From Botryllus schlosseri (lineage: Eukaryota), in assembly GCA_051294905.1 (NCBI GenBank), contig CM119378.1, positions 1,614,001 through 1,674,000 on the forward strand: 60,000 bases of DNA, given 5' to 3'. The notes beneath the pieces were generated by a model, which was not told the DNA's origin, ran no database searches, and worked only from the letters and a program-made list of their open reading frames with translations. Position numbers and translations under genes: made by a program. Positions 37,050-52,000 of the stretch are shown in pieces (position 1 is the first letter of the stretch; each line of letters starts with the position of its first letter).

Positions 37050-40000
37050 CTGAAATGAACAAAAACACTTGTCTACTCGCTTGAAAGATGATTGCAGGAC
37101 ATTGGTATAACATTTACATTGCCTTGAAGGATTTTTACAGTTAGTTAAAGCATACCAAGGTGTCGTCGCCCATCAGAACAGTATATTAAATATACAACCA
37201 TCTCTGTCTGCATTTTGGCTCTCAGAATACAGTTATCGTGATCAGTGATAAGTGTGATAAACCGCCGTCAATTCTACTGTTGACTGCCAAATATTATTCC
37301 ATTGCATAATTTCGTTGTATTAAGGTTAGTTACATATATGGTAACTTGGACTGAATCATAGGTCACTGTGAAATACATAACAAACCACCTTGAAAAGTGA
37401 TCTAGAAATCTGAATTAAAATTGAAAGAATGCTCTGAAAGAGAATTTGCGAAGTCAAAAGGAACGACGGTTGACGAAATTCATTGTCCCACGTAAATATC
37501 TAACATGTCGGGTTCCTATTATTAGGTATGTTTTCAATCATATCTATAATGACCAGTATATAAGACACGAAAGGTCCGACTCACCAGTCCACAGTCGGTG
37601 ACATACCAGGCAGACATTGCCTGGTCTTCTCTTCCCACTCTAAACCGCATTTGTTACCCCTCATCCGTATCTGCACGCCTGCCGAAATGGAATTGCCTCT
37701 GTAGCAACACCGGCTCCACCCGCTCCATTTCCAATCACAGCATTCACCAGCGTTGCAACTTGTCGTTTCCCGTTTGTATCCGACGCAGAGGCCGTCGCCA
37801 CGCTGTCCGCCAACGCACAGCCTCGTTCTCTCCTGGAAAATCAGGAAGGTTTGCGCACGCGTTCCATATATCCTCTTGCCAACTCACTCCTAACCAGATT
37901 TAGATAATTAGATGATTCCTGTTATCTAATTACACTAATCGGAGTGAAATGCCGGTAGTCGAATTTTAATCTAATTCATGAAATTGTTTGTGCTCTATTT
38001 TCATTCTAATCTAAATACTGGTTTTCTTGAAGATGCTGCAGGAAACTGTATAGCGCGAAACGAGCCAAGCATGGTGTACATATATTTGTCATCATGCTTA
38101 TGAGCTGAACTGCGTTTTCATATTAATGAAACTTGATGTTTGCTGTAGATCTTTCGTATTAGGAACAGCTCGATTCCCAAGTTTTTGTGAATCCAGTAAT
38201 TCCAACTTTAATCCAATTTGAAATTAAAAAAAACTGTCGAACTACAATTATAATCTAATTTGGAAAAGCCTAGAATTAGAATTATTGCATTCGTAAGGAC
38301 TCGGAAATTGAAATTAATGCCGAATTAGATTAAAATACAACCAAAATAAAGTTCAGGGTATATCAAATCAGAGCTCATTCCCATACACGCATTAGGATGA
38401 CAAATGCGTGCACTGTACACCAAGCTTCATTCGTTTCTGCGCCGTTGTTATACAATACACTATGTAAATCTCCTGTAGCATTCTCATGACATCATAAATT
38501 AGAATAAAAGTAAAACAGGAGCATAAAAACACTTCCCAAATTTTACTCTAAACAGTCTTATTGAAAAATCGGAAATATCTAGTTGTGCAAGTGTGGGCAT
38601 GGTGCGGCGCGCGGTGTCATCCAAGTTATAAAATTTAGGGCGCTAGTACTTTTGAGTTGGAGACACATGCACATGCTAAACCGTACCTTAGTTCCCACTC
38701 CACACGAAGCGCTGCAGGGCCCGTAATTGCTCCATCCTCCCCAGTAAGCGCAAGGTTGAGTATTACACATCACTGTTTCGACGTCGGGCTGCCTGCCACA
38801 AGTGTGGGACCGTTGCCTGGTTTTCGTACCGCCGTTGCACGTGGCAGAGCACGCGGTAAACGCCGACCACTCGGTGTAAGTGCCTTTGAAAACGGAAAGG
38901 TATAAATATTTAGTATGTGAACCGGCTACAACGATACCTTTGTCGCTAAAGAAATGGTAAGTACCAATTCAGTACGGGAACATTTTAAGTTGTATGAAAC
39001 ATATATAAATGGTTCGCGTTCTTCATTACTGCATAATTCGACGATGTGGCTTGGGGCTTAAAGGTTAGGGTGAAAAATATTTCCATCATATTGGAGGGAG
39101 GATTAGTATTCCAAAATAAACGGTGGGAAACGTACACCGCCTTACATGGAGGATAACTCCATTTTTATTGGCCGTGTACTCCTTTACAACTTACATCGAA
39201 GAGGAAAAACTCACTCCGTGGCAGTATTCCCTGCAAAATCCGTAAATGTATTAGAGTATGGGTCCGTGGAACCATTGGAGGTCCGTGCACTAGTTTGAAG
39301 GGGTCCATGAAAGACCAATGTTGAAACTTTAACTACATTATCCTATATAACATCCGTACTTACTTTCTAGACTTATGCACCAATATCAATTGGACAAATA
39401 TACATCAGCGTATGTGCAGTGAAGAGGTAGTACGGGTATATTGGGTATAGGCGACGGATATTGATTACAAACAGAATAAATAATAAAATTTCTGTGAACG
39501 GAGCCAGTCAATCGACACACATAGTACAGCAATATAAAAATCAATTTCGTTACAATTGAACTGCGTCGGATTACCTGGATCAGAGCCGCACGTTTCACTC
39601 TGAGTTTCGTCTGCTAGCCCGCAGCTGTGCGACCTTCTCCTGACGCGGACACCGCCGCCGCACGTCGCGGAACACGACCCCCATTGCGACCACGGGCCGT
39701 ATTCTCCCGTGTGGGTGTTACATGAAACACTCTCCGTGTCATCATCCAAGCCGCAAGTGTGAGAACGGCGCCTGAGAATAGGGAATCTCAGTGTGGTTTG
39801 AAATAATAGGACTATGGAGTTTGGTCGCGACCCAAACTTTAATAATCCCTGCAAAGTATGTGATATCGTAATACGTGATCGGATTTTGTCTTTACTGACC
39901 TGAACTTGGTGCCGCCGTTACAAGTCGCAGTGCAACCGCTAAACTCGGTCCATTGCGACCATCGGCCTTCACCTGCGTTGCAGGACCTGCTTTCGAAATC

Positions 40001-43000
40001 GCTCCCCATACAGCCGGTCTGCCCTTTGATTCCTTCTTGACAGTAGCGGCTTCTGGACTGCTGGCCCGTCCCGCATGACACCGAGCATTCGCTCCACGAT
40101 GTCCAACCGGACCAGTACGGACAAGGGCCCATGCTGCAGTCCTGTCGATATTCGAGATCATGTGATGATATGGAGAAGAACTATAATTTTTTTGGCCTTT
40201 TCAAATTAGATTACAATTAGAATGAGTTCATACTAAAAAACTTGGAAATTGAATGAAATCACGGATTAGAAAGAAGTACACAAAAACTCAAGTTGCTCAA
40301 TAAGCACCAGAATGGCAAATGTATGTACACCAAGCTTCACTCGTTTCGCGTCATATAGTTATCCCGTAGCAATTCAGGAACACCGGGAATTAGATTACAG
40401 TTAAATTAGAGCATAGAAACATTTCATGAATGAGATTAGAATTAGTATACAATTAGATAACTAGAATTGTCAAGTTGTACAAGTCTGTAAGCACCAGAAG
40501 GTATCTCCATGGATACCATATTTTCAGATCCGAAAAGTAGGACACTTTATTCAAGTTTCAATAACAGACATAAAACGGGGAATTTATAGAGAAAATTGTG
40601 ATTTTGGGTGAGTGCAGGGCCTACGATACTTACGGCCTAATATGGCACATTACACTCGCAGGATATAAGAGGCCGACGCTTACAAAATGACATCACGACT
40701 GACTCAATGATTGCTTGCGATCTCACTTCTCGATACCAGATGCCTCGCCATACAAGTCTAATGAAGTCGTACAACATGCAAAATTAGTACTTTCAGATGA
40801 AACAACCCAATTAATAGCCAAGTGACAGCGTCGCAATGTATTTATCTACCAACGCAGAAGAAGACAACATAACGAGAATCCCCAACTATAAGTATCGTAG
40901 GCCCCGGTGAGTGTCTTAGTCAACCTTCGCGGCAGTTCCAGTAAAACCCGGTTTTCACAACGTGTAGTTTTTTGTTGGGATAACCTTTATCGTCTTCGAT
41001 GTCTGATCGCCTAAAACTCAAAGCAGCAAAAGGGCACGCCATGCCAAATAAGAGGACATTTGGGCGTCCTTTTATTGAGAAAAGAGTACATATGTACATA
41101 TGGAATCTCTAGGTAACTCACTATAGCCGGTATAGATAATCTACTATACTCACGGTTAGTTCGACTTGAGGTTCCAAACCGCAGTCGTGCGTCCGCGATC
41201 GTGTTTTAGTTCCCCCGCCGCAAGTCGCGTCGCACGGCGTCCACCTCGTCCATTCCCTGTAGCTTCCTTCGTACGCGTTGCAAGCTTCCACTTCCACCTG
41301 CGGTTCGAGACCGCACGTATGCGATCTGGTCTGTAGGAGAAACCACAACTTACGTCGGCGCAGGCGAGGCAGTGCTGTTTTCTTAAGATACTACTAAAGT
41401 TTTCCTTCATTAAGTCAAGACACCTTTGATTTTGTAATCTAGGCTCATCCTCACGAATGATCCGCGCAAGCGGTGTCTTGGAAAAGCCTATTAGTGTCGT
41501 GCTACAAATTGGAAATCGAGGAATCATAATACAGAATGTCGACCTGGTATAAATTACCATTGTAGCCACACAACAAAATATTACTTAACTTTTCCGTAAG
41601 TCAAGCCCTGTTTTCGTCCACTACTTTTAAAAGCCGGAGTCTTATTTCGGTGTATATAACGATCTCGACAAATATACCATAAATAGTGTCTGACGGTAAG
41701 CAGCTATATCGTGGATTTTTTTTCCAAAATACATCTTACAGTTCATTTTCAGCCCAAGTATTCTACTTCCAGGTGCTACCAGGGTTGGATTTCATAGCTT
41801 TACTTACAGAAACTCTTGGAGGTACAGAACTTCAATATACAATTGAATATGATATGCACATTGAAATATACCCGATTATTTTCGGCTGACACTCGTCAGA
41901 GGAAATCGCCAGCAACTAGTATGGATTAAATAGCACGTTGTCCATCAACAGTCATATCACGACGCATTATAGCATAACGTTATTTGAAGGTACACTTAGT
42001 ATCACACTGCGACTCTCTCTGGGATACTAATATGGCGCAAACATGCCGCCAGAGTCTCTTAATGACAGAGATACTTTTAGTTTCACAAACAAAATACACA
42101 CTTTTTGTATGGGTGATGTGATAAAAGATGAGAGTCTGATCAAAAGCATACATGTTGGGCTGAAAAATATGGAGTTTACTACATTGGTCGTGGACTAGCA
42201 CTCACGCACACCAACCCAGGGCTTAGAGTCATATCTCTATCGCTTACACGAGAATGGGTTCCGCCAGCGCACGTTCTCGAACAGACAGTCCACATCGACC
42301 ATTCCGTGTATCTCCCGCTGTCTATATTGCACAAATCGACTTGCGTGTCCCGCGGCTGTCCGCAGGTATGATCCCTGTGTCTGGTGCGCGATCCTCCGCC
42401 GCACGATTGCGAGCACGGGCTCCACATTGTCCAAGGCAGCCATGCACCTTTCAATATAGGAATGTTCAATTGACGAAAATCAGTATACTGAAGAGTGAGA
42501 TGACAATTGAAATAGGAAATATCGTATTGTTCACATATCTAGAACTGAGGTTAGCGAGAAAAATATCAAATAATAAATGACGTCACCAATTAGTATTGTA
42601 TTGCATAAAAATATCGAAATTGTTACGTTTCTGCTGGCCCCGCAAACTATATTACAGTTGTATACCCCAGTTGCAAAATGCAAGGAACTTGGCATCAAAA
42701 CGTTTAAGTTGATTATGAGATTTGGAATGTGCTTTGTACCAAACTGCCTAAAGGTAGCCTACAACTCGTTTAATACCCGTTATATGTGAAAGCCAAGAAG
42801 ACCTTTTAAACAAAATTCGGTAAATATTGACAATAGGCCTACAATTAAGGGACATAGTGTCAACAAACATCAAAGTAACCAAACAATCAAATTCAAGTTA
42901 TTGATTTTTAGCTGGACTTCGCCATATAGAAACAGGTTGAGAAATACTGCTTTAAAGGACGCATTTAACACAGCAATGAGCTTGGATCCTTACCCGGATC

Positions 43001-46000
43001 AGTGTTACAAGCCTTCGTTTCGATTTCGTCCTCCAGACCGCAGGAATGTCGCCTCGTTCTACGCATCACACCTCCATTGCAAGTCGCCTGGACGACAAAC
43101 AAACATAGTTATTCATATTACATTCTTTATCCACTGTAAAACTGGTAAGTGTCAGCATAATCTGGGAAGCAACCTGCCCCATAAGGCAGGTTTTGTGCGC
43201 CACGTCTGTAAGAGGGAATTTGAATCAAATAAATATATTTACATAGCTTAGTCTTAGGGATATAGACTAGTACATGCAATATACATTGACTATACGGAAT
43301 TAGCCTACACGATACACCTACATTTCGTCTACACAAACGTTCATATACACTCTAAAATTCCAAGCGTTACATTAAAACACTATATGACTTTTTTCCATCT
43401 CTCGAGATGCGTGAGTGTGAAGTAAACACCGGCATAGCGAGAGAGCGACGTCTGTTTTCGCGTGAGTGACATAAAGGTGAGCTAAATCGAGCTCATTCCT
43501 CATTTTACTCTTCTCGTAATATTACGTCACAAACGATGTGGTATGGCACGCTCGATGGTGTGACAATCGCGGGAAGAGTGAGAACGTTCACAAAATTTTC
43601 CGTTGAGTGAAGTTGGCTGCAAGAGTTATTCGTAGTTGGACGCCATGGATTTAAAATTGGCCGATTTTCTGCTAGGACACGGTATAGAGCAGAGACACGT
43701 CGACTTATTGAACGGTAAGTGTTAAGTATATCGATCACGCAAATCATAGAAAGCTATTAAGGTAGGTTCTCTTTGATAAAGTTATGACAAGTAGCGCTGT
43801 TTTACATGTATACAGCTCGACTATTATTTGCTAACGTGCAGCAATGTTTCTTGGTGGATTGTACGCTTTAGATACAGATGGCACAGCCTACAACTGTTCT
43901 TCAATTTTGTGTTGTACCGGTAACGTTGCATCATATGATACTTGCATCAACGCGCATACTTATTTATACATTTTACGAGCAGTGTAACGATAATGCCGAA
44001 AATATTTGTGTAATTTCTTGTTCTGCATCCAAGTATATATCTATCAAGAATTCTCAGCCTGTGATTCAAGGTTCCCACCACCATGTAAATCTTTATATTT
44101 GTACTTATTTTGTTTTAACATAAAAATGAAGTCATGTGCTGTTCTGGTGTAATGTATTGTAAAGACTGGTCTAGGTTCTTGTCAAAACAGCTACCCTGAA
44201 TTCAATTGCGTTAAAACGTTTGTACAAGCATCGGGGAGTATATTTTGCATATACCGCCGCTTCAATGTATTGCATTTTGAGTCCAAATTCAATGCATTTG
44301 CCTAAGAAAGTAGTGATGCTGTTGAGTTCTGCAAATATTCTGAGTTCACCTATCCATGGCCACAAATCAGTCACAAGATTGGTGACACACAGTATATTAT
44401 TAGCAAGAATGTTGATCAGGTGTGGTGATTTTGAAGGTTATCCTGCTAAAGCTATTGATGTGATTATTATTTCATACGTTTGGGACTAAACAGTATGTAT
44501 TTTCTTTCAGAAAATGAAGTATGTAGCTCGGCTTTTGGATTACTGGTGGATGATGATTTTATTAAAATGAATTTCAAAGTGGGTATCATGCGTCGTTTGA
44601 TGAGCCTGAGAGATGTGAGTATATTGTTTCCATATTCGTAGCTACGAATTTTCCATTGTAGAAAGGGAGTGATATTTATCATCTAATCTTGTCTTGCAGA
44701 AGTGGTTGATGTCTATCGAACACAGCGAGATCACCCATGTTCATGCTTCAAATAGTGATTTTGAACATCCAATGACTTCTCGATCACAAGCTCTTGATGT
44801 GTGTAGAACTTATTAAAGTAATTATTGCATTCACCTTTACATGGAAGTATATTTTACAGAAAAGTGAACTCACTCAGATGGAAAGAGAAGTTAGTACGGA
44901 GTACTCGCCTGTCTTGCCTACATCAAGTACTTGCATTTCGGTGTGAACATTTGCAGAACTATATTCCATCGAATGCTCGCATAAATTGAGTACTATCACA
45001 TTTTAGGCGGGAGAAGTTCAAACAAATCCAGGAAGTAGTGAACCCGGAATCGCAACTACCAGCAAGAAAATGACATTACCCAAATTCAGTGCCCATGTTG
45101 CATCCGCATTGCATCCGCATTGCAACATGGAAGAGTTGCCCATTGTATAAATGCGGTTGTGGAGGAGTGCATACCATGTCTTATCACAAGGTGATATGAC
45201 ATCCAAAGGAGAATATTCCGAATTCTCGAGACTGCTTTGTCAAAAGTATGCATGCCTGCAATTTATTGGGCGTAATCACTGGGTAAGTGTATATTACAAG
45301 TTTCTCGACCTATAGTCATTTAACGAGTTTCTCAATTACAGACACATTTCTCGAAAAAACTCTCACAAAAGATACGAAACATTCGTCACAGGAAAAAGAG
45401 AACGATCAAGATACCATTATATACAATCGAAGGTAGCATCTATCATAGTCTCAATCAGTTCCCTGTTTTCGTAACCCTTGGGTAATATTTCCTCAAGGCG
45501 TTGACCAAACAAAGTTTGGGAACGAAGCAAGTCTGATGAAAAAGTATACAACACATTCTCCGGACTGGGCAAAGATCAGCGTACTGTTTCGAAAATTGCA
45601 TCGCTCGCGTCGCGATGTATTGGCAGAAATGACAACACAACGTGTGCGAGAAATATCAAGGAAATTTCCATATCTTTTCAATGTGAAACTAGTGAGTATG
45701 TTAACTCTTGGAAAGAATGTGCTCAATTTACTCTCATTTTCAGTGATTACGTGATAACTAGGGCAAGTTTTTGTTGCACTAAAATCGCGAGAAAGTTGCA
45801 TTTAATTTTGACAAAAGTTGCAGTAAAAAGTTGCATTTAAAATTTTTGTTGAATTATTAAGGTACGAGATACTCAAAAGGCTCAGTTGTATAACCTAGTT
45901 CCTGCACAGCTGTCGAATTTGTTATTTCGCTATTTGGCGGTCTGACGAAACCGCCCAAAATTACATTTTATCCCGGCACACAGCAAGAAAATTATGCAAT

Positions 46001-49000
46001 GCGGGAATACCAGAAGAAGTGGACCCAGTGGAAATGTAATTTTCAGCGGTCTCACCTGGGCGTTCGTGAAATGGGAAAACTATTTCAAATTTAAACGACA
46101 GAATAAATAAAGCGATCTATATACATATTATTCGGGCAACGTTGTGCTTGGCAGGGGGAGTTGAACTTCTCTCCGTTGTGTCATAGATAACACTGAGATG
46201 CAGCTAACCTATCATATGGCTCTTCGTTATGCAAACTGAAGGAAGTAGAACAATACTAAAAATAGTTTATGGCATGGTTACTAAATCACTCCTTTACATT
46301 TTTACGCAATATTTGATAAAAGTTGCAGTAAAAATTGGCTATAAAAATACAGAAAAGTTGCACTATAAAATCTCTCCAAACAGCTTAAAACACCATGGTA
46401 CGTAGATTATGAATATCTGCGAAGCTGTTGGAAGCTGTAAAAAAAGTTGCAAAAGTTGCAAAAACTTGCCCGAGTGATAACTGATGATAACATAGTAATG
46501 CCCTTTTTCAATGTTCAGATCCGAGAAGAATTCGAGCTTTTGACATGGTGCTCGCCAGCAGAAATCATACAGCGCTACCGCACTATGCTTTCCACCGTGG
46601 ATACAATGGACGTTGCAATGTCTGTAGAAACGGTCAGTACCGTATACTAGATCATTTATCGTTCACCTACCTACTGTTTTTTGCAGCATTATTTGACAAT
46701 CATTTAGAATTTTAGATCAAAGTGGAACCCCCTAAGGGATGATTTTGAAAGAAGGGGGCAGAAAAGTACAACTGGTATACATGTCAAACCAGGGTTGTAA
46801 CCGTGTCACAAGTCAATCACACTTATATAGTTTTGACTCGAGTCAAGTCGAGTCATTTTCAATTCACCACCGAGTCGAGTCAAAGTCATCGAGCAGAGGG
46901 CGGAGGCCGAGTCATGGTATTATGACTCTGAGTCCAAGTCATTGTTTTGACTGCTGAGTTTCCAGTTGAGGTCTTGTTAAACCCAATTTTTATACCTGTT
47001 TGTTGATATCGAATGGTTCGCATTTATAATATACTAATTTTCCCCACTTTTAGCACTTTCTAGTCACATTTTCAAGTACCAATACCAATAGACAAAACCC
47101 GAATAGTGTAATTACTTTACTATTGTTCGAAATTACAATGAAGTCTTGGCCGGTTAAGTCTCGAGTCATGTGACCTGGTTCGAGTCATGCGCAATGACTC
47201 GAGTCCAAGTCGAGTCATTTCCGTATTTTGAGAAAATGACTCAAGTCATCAGAAAATTGTAACTCGAATCGGACTTGAGTCATTACAACCCTGTGTCAAA
47301 CTAACCTGATTTAAACCCAGCTATATGGATTTAATCCGTATAATTTGCCTATTTTCCAACTATGGAATTACATTGTAGCTCTTCATAATTACACATGAAA
47401 AAGTTGGCCAGGTAATATACGGTACGCGGAGTAGTATAAAACTTACTGCTATTTACGCTTCGCCATTAGCCGTTATCTAGACGCTAGTAATATGTGCAAG
47501 AGCTCGTCGCCGACAAATATCTGAAGAAGTCTATCAGCAGTAGAAGTAAAGTTAATGTGAGCTGCATGCGGCTCTGAGAGTCAGAGTCGCAGTTGGGAAT
47601 CGCTGGTCTAAAAAGTTTGTGATCCTCTGATTTAGATCAAGTCAAGAAAACCGTAGCTAATATTTCAACTTATTACAATTGTATTTACCAAGTACTCCAT
47701 TAAGATACATGGAGATATGCACGTGACCTAATCATAACATTATTAAAATGATATTTTCCAGGAAGAAGATGAAAGTAAAGAGGTGAAAGGTCTCGTATTC
47801 CTCCAAAAAGAATTGACAGATAAGCGCTTAAAATCAACATCAAATCTATATATAGATTGATATAAGCCCGCATACATTGCCTATGTATATGTAGCTATTG
47901 AACATAATTGGGAGGTTTAACTTTGTAATTTACAATCTCCACCCGTTAAGGCAGGGGTGGGCAACATACGGCCCGCGGGCCGGGCCCGGCCCGCGAAGGG
48001 ATTTTGTCCGGCCCGCAGACAGTTTTCCGTTTTACATGATAATGTGGCCCGCGGCCCTAGTCTGCTGAAATTTCCCACTACTTGCTTACAACGTCAAATT
48101 TTAGTGACTGCATATAGTGCATGTTATTATATACGTATATGCGCAGCGTGCTAGAGTGGAGCTTACGCGTAATTTCGTCGAAGCGAGAAGACTTGCATTA
48201 TCGGCATTTGCGATGTACTCAATCCTAATGTCGTTTGTGGTAATCATGGTGTTTGCCGACTACAATGGTCAATTACACCAGGCTGATATTTCTTATTTTT
48301 CATTCTGTAACCGCCGACTTGTAGCACGGCACACTTCTAGGCTTTTGTAAGACTGCGCTTATGCGAGGGGTCGCCAACTCAAAACGGGTCGCGGGCCACT
48401 TTTCAAATTTCGTAGAGGTCGCGGACCGCATGAATTCATTATCGAGATTTCTCAGGCCACACAGTTGAACAACGATGCTATCTCGTCACCTACTCAACCC
48501 TAACGAATATATGTGTTGGTAAATTAGGGGTACCGGGGTTATCGAACTCCTTGAAATCTTAATTGAGGATTGCACCGTGTGTTGATTGATCAGACAGAAG
48601 CAGACATGGCGGCGCCTGTACAATGCTATTCTCAAATCCACATTGTCTTCGTCATTATCGGCGAGAAATGGCTTTGAAGTGACATTACTGTCGTTAAAAT
48701 GTATTCATTAAATGCGATTTATTCCTTGTAGCCTATATGTGGAATGCGGATAAATGGGCGAATATTGTATCGATTCAGCAATCCGGCCCGCCAAGTACTA
48801 AATTTTCCTATATCCGGCCCGCCGACTCGAGAAGTTGCCCGCCCCTGCGTTAAGGCCTTACCGAACAAGAAGAATACTCGGACCAGTAGGACCATTGCCC
48901 TTGACTAATCGTGCAGTCCCTGGTTTGTTCGTATTCGCCCACGCAACCCGCTTGACCAGTGATTCCGTGTCGACAATCGCGATTTCGCGATTGAATTCCT

Positions 49001-52000
49001 ATGAAACAATATCATTGTGATCGAAGTAAAAAAGTGTAATTGCTAATCTGTCGCATCTGAGCAGGTTGGACAACTAGAAAATTGTAGTCCGACTAATTAG
49101 AGCGAATTTAAATTTAAAAGCTTCTACGAATTCAGTTATTCCAATTTAATTTGGCAAATGTGCAGCTATAATTTTTAATTCTAATTTATTTCCCGGAAAA
49201 TTTGATCCTTTTCTAGTTCGCCAATTCTGCAAGAAAACCGCAGCTCACCCTGGAAGCATGTCGAAGAACACATAGACCAGGTCGACCATTGCGTGAAAAA
49301 CGGACAGGGCCTAGAACCGCAGTTTTCCGATTGCATTTCCGCGTCCGGCCGACAGGTATTCGATCGCTGTCTCGTCCTCTGTCCCCCGCCGCACGACGCG
49401 GAACACTGCGACCACATAGACCAGGGCGTGTACTCGCCAGCTGAAACCAGAGGTGTATCAGATGCGAAATATTTCATTTGAATCACACTATAAACGCTAG
49501 GGTTCCCAGGCTGAGGCTTTTTCAAGAGGGCCATCAATAAAAACGTACTATATCGAAATCCACTCTACTATAACAAAGGAAAAATAGTAAAATTTATCAA
49601 AAATTCTAGTACATCAATAATACAGCCCATTGTCAAGCCATTGTTATTGCCAAGCCCATAGTTCCTGTTATGTTCTTGATCTTGTTTGAACAATAACTCA
49701 ATGCGACAAGGTTGCAATACAGAATCAGTATATTATCAGCATAGTAACTTAACGGCAGCGACACGATCCAGAGTTCAGTTAAATGAAAGACCACGAGACA
49801 ACAGAACACAGGGTATAAATACAAGCATGACACACGAGGAAATAATGATTGGCTGAAATTACTAATCCTATAGAAAGAAAGAGTTCTACGACACCGAACG
49901 TAAATGCACGAACATAACAGTCCTCCCTTGTAAGTCAGAGGGTTGCCCACATTTACGGTCTATAGAAATCGGTGGGTTTCCTATTTCTAAGAGGATTACG
50001 TCTGCCCGACGATCGAGCAGGACTAGCTGCAGGACGTTGTGCCCTATTCCTGACCAATGGTTGCTCAGCTTGGGACTGTTGAGGCTGAGCAACTTCCTGT
50101 GTGGCTGTATCATGACCAGTGGAAATCAAGCGTGGTTGGAGTTGGTTTTTGTGCCTCCTCCAATACCCATGATCTGTTTTTATGATGTACACAACACGCC
50201 CCAGTATTTCCGTCACCACGCCAGCAACCCACTTTGGTCCGCTTCGGTAACTGCGAGCGTAAACCGAGGAACCAATCTCAAAATGAGTGACTGATTGTCT
50301 AGGCGTAACGGGTTTCGATTTGTCGAAGGGCGAGCACAAACTTAACAAATTGCGCGGCTGCCGACCATGTAAAATCTCGGCAGGCGTTTTCCAGTCTATG
50401 CCCGGGTGCGGTGCACATCGGTACGTAGCGAGAAGTGTTTGGAGCGCGAAGTTGAGATCTTTTCCCCCGTCGCAATTTTTTATTAATCCAGCTTTTAAAG
50501 TCTGGACGAAACGCTCCGCTTTCCCGTTCGAGGCAGGGTGAAAAGACGGTGATACGATATGGCTGATTGCCAAATTAGAGCAAAACGTATCGAATTCATT
50601 CGATGTGAATTGCGGCCCGCCATCCGTAACAATTGTTATGGGCAAGCCTTCGATAGAGAAGACTTCCCTCAAAGCGTTGACCACACACAAGGTTGTGGTA
50701 GAACCGACATTCATTACTTTAACGAAAGGATATTTCGAATGCGCATCGACGATGACAAGAAACATTTTATTGTTTATTGGACCTGCGAAGTCCAAGTGAA
50801 TTCGATCAAAGCTTTCAGAAGTTTTGGGCCATTCGCGATACTGACGATCAGGCGCTTTCATTACCTTACGGCAAGCGTCGCAACTCTTAACGAGATTTTC
50901 AATGTCGATATTAATGGAAGGCCATGCGATGTAACGTCGAGCCATCTGCTTCATTTTCGCGATACCCCAATGTCCTTCGTGCAACAATGATAAGACTCGC
51001 GAGCGAAGTGACTGCGGAATTACTACGCGCTGAAAACCATCAATATTGAGCATGACTATGTCTTCGTGCAGAGAAAGCGAATGTTTGCGAGTCGAAAACC
51101 AAGAAAAATCATCAATGTGCATCTTTGGATTCCAATTACCATGAGTGACGGATAATTTTACTATTTTCATGGTTTTGTCCTTCAGCGTCGCGTCGCGAAT
51201 TTCATTGCGAGTTAACGGCAAGCCATCGAATGCCATATTAATAGCGTGAACGATCTCCGCGTTTTCACGAGTTTCCAGTTCGTCAAACTCAGGGTCTGGG
51301 CCTTTTGGTAGGCGAGATAAACCGTCGGCGTTTCCGTGCTGATTAGTCGGTTTAAAGCGAATATCGTATTGGTAAGCCATTAGCGTTAGTGCCCATCGCT
51401 GTAAGCGTTGCGCTGTAATCACGGGAATTTTCTTGTCGGGCGAGAAAATAGCTAAAAGCGGTTTGTGGTCCGTCACGAGCGTAAATTTTCGACCATACAA
51501 GAATTGACGAAATTTAGTGACACCGTAAATGATTGACAGAGCTTCCTTCTCTATTTGAGAGTAGGATTTTTGCGAATCGGAAAGCGTTTTCGATGCGTGC
51601 GCGATCGGTCTCTCTTCGCCATTGTGCTCGATTCGATTGAGAGGACAGCGCCGATTCCGAATTGAGAAGCATCAGTTGACAAAATGAGCTGCTTGTTTAC
51701 ATCATAATGAGCTAACTGCGTAGCGTCGATTACGTCGTTTTTGAGAAAGCAGAAAGCTGCGTCACAGTCCGTATTCCAAATGAATTTCGCGTCTTTTTGA
51801 AGAAGACGGTACAAGGCAGCGGCTTTATTCGTGAAATTAGGAATAAACGCGCGATAATAATTGACTTTGCCCAGGAAAGCCTGTAGCTGGCGAACATCCT
51901 GAGGTTTAGGCAACTGTTTGATTGCTTCAACGGATTTGTGAGACGGGCGTTTGCCGTCCTTGTCGATTATGTGACCAAGGTACTCGATACTACTTTTGAA

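Noticed and set aside
49633..49950. Hydrophobic ORFs here and at 54121-54474 as env or accessory genes
   Set aside because: They are chance frames running through the two LTRs
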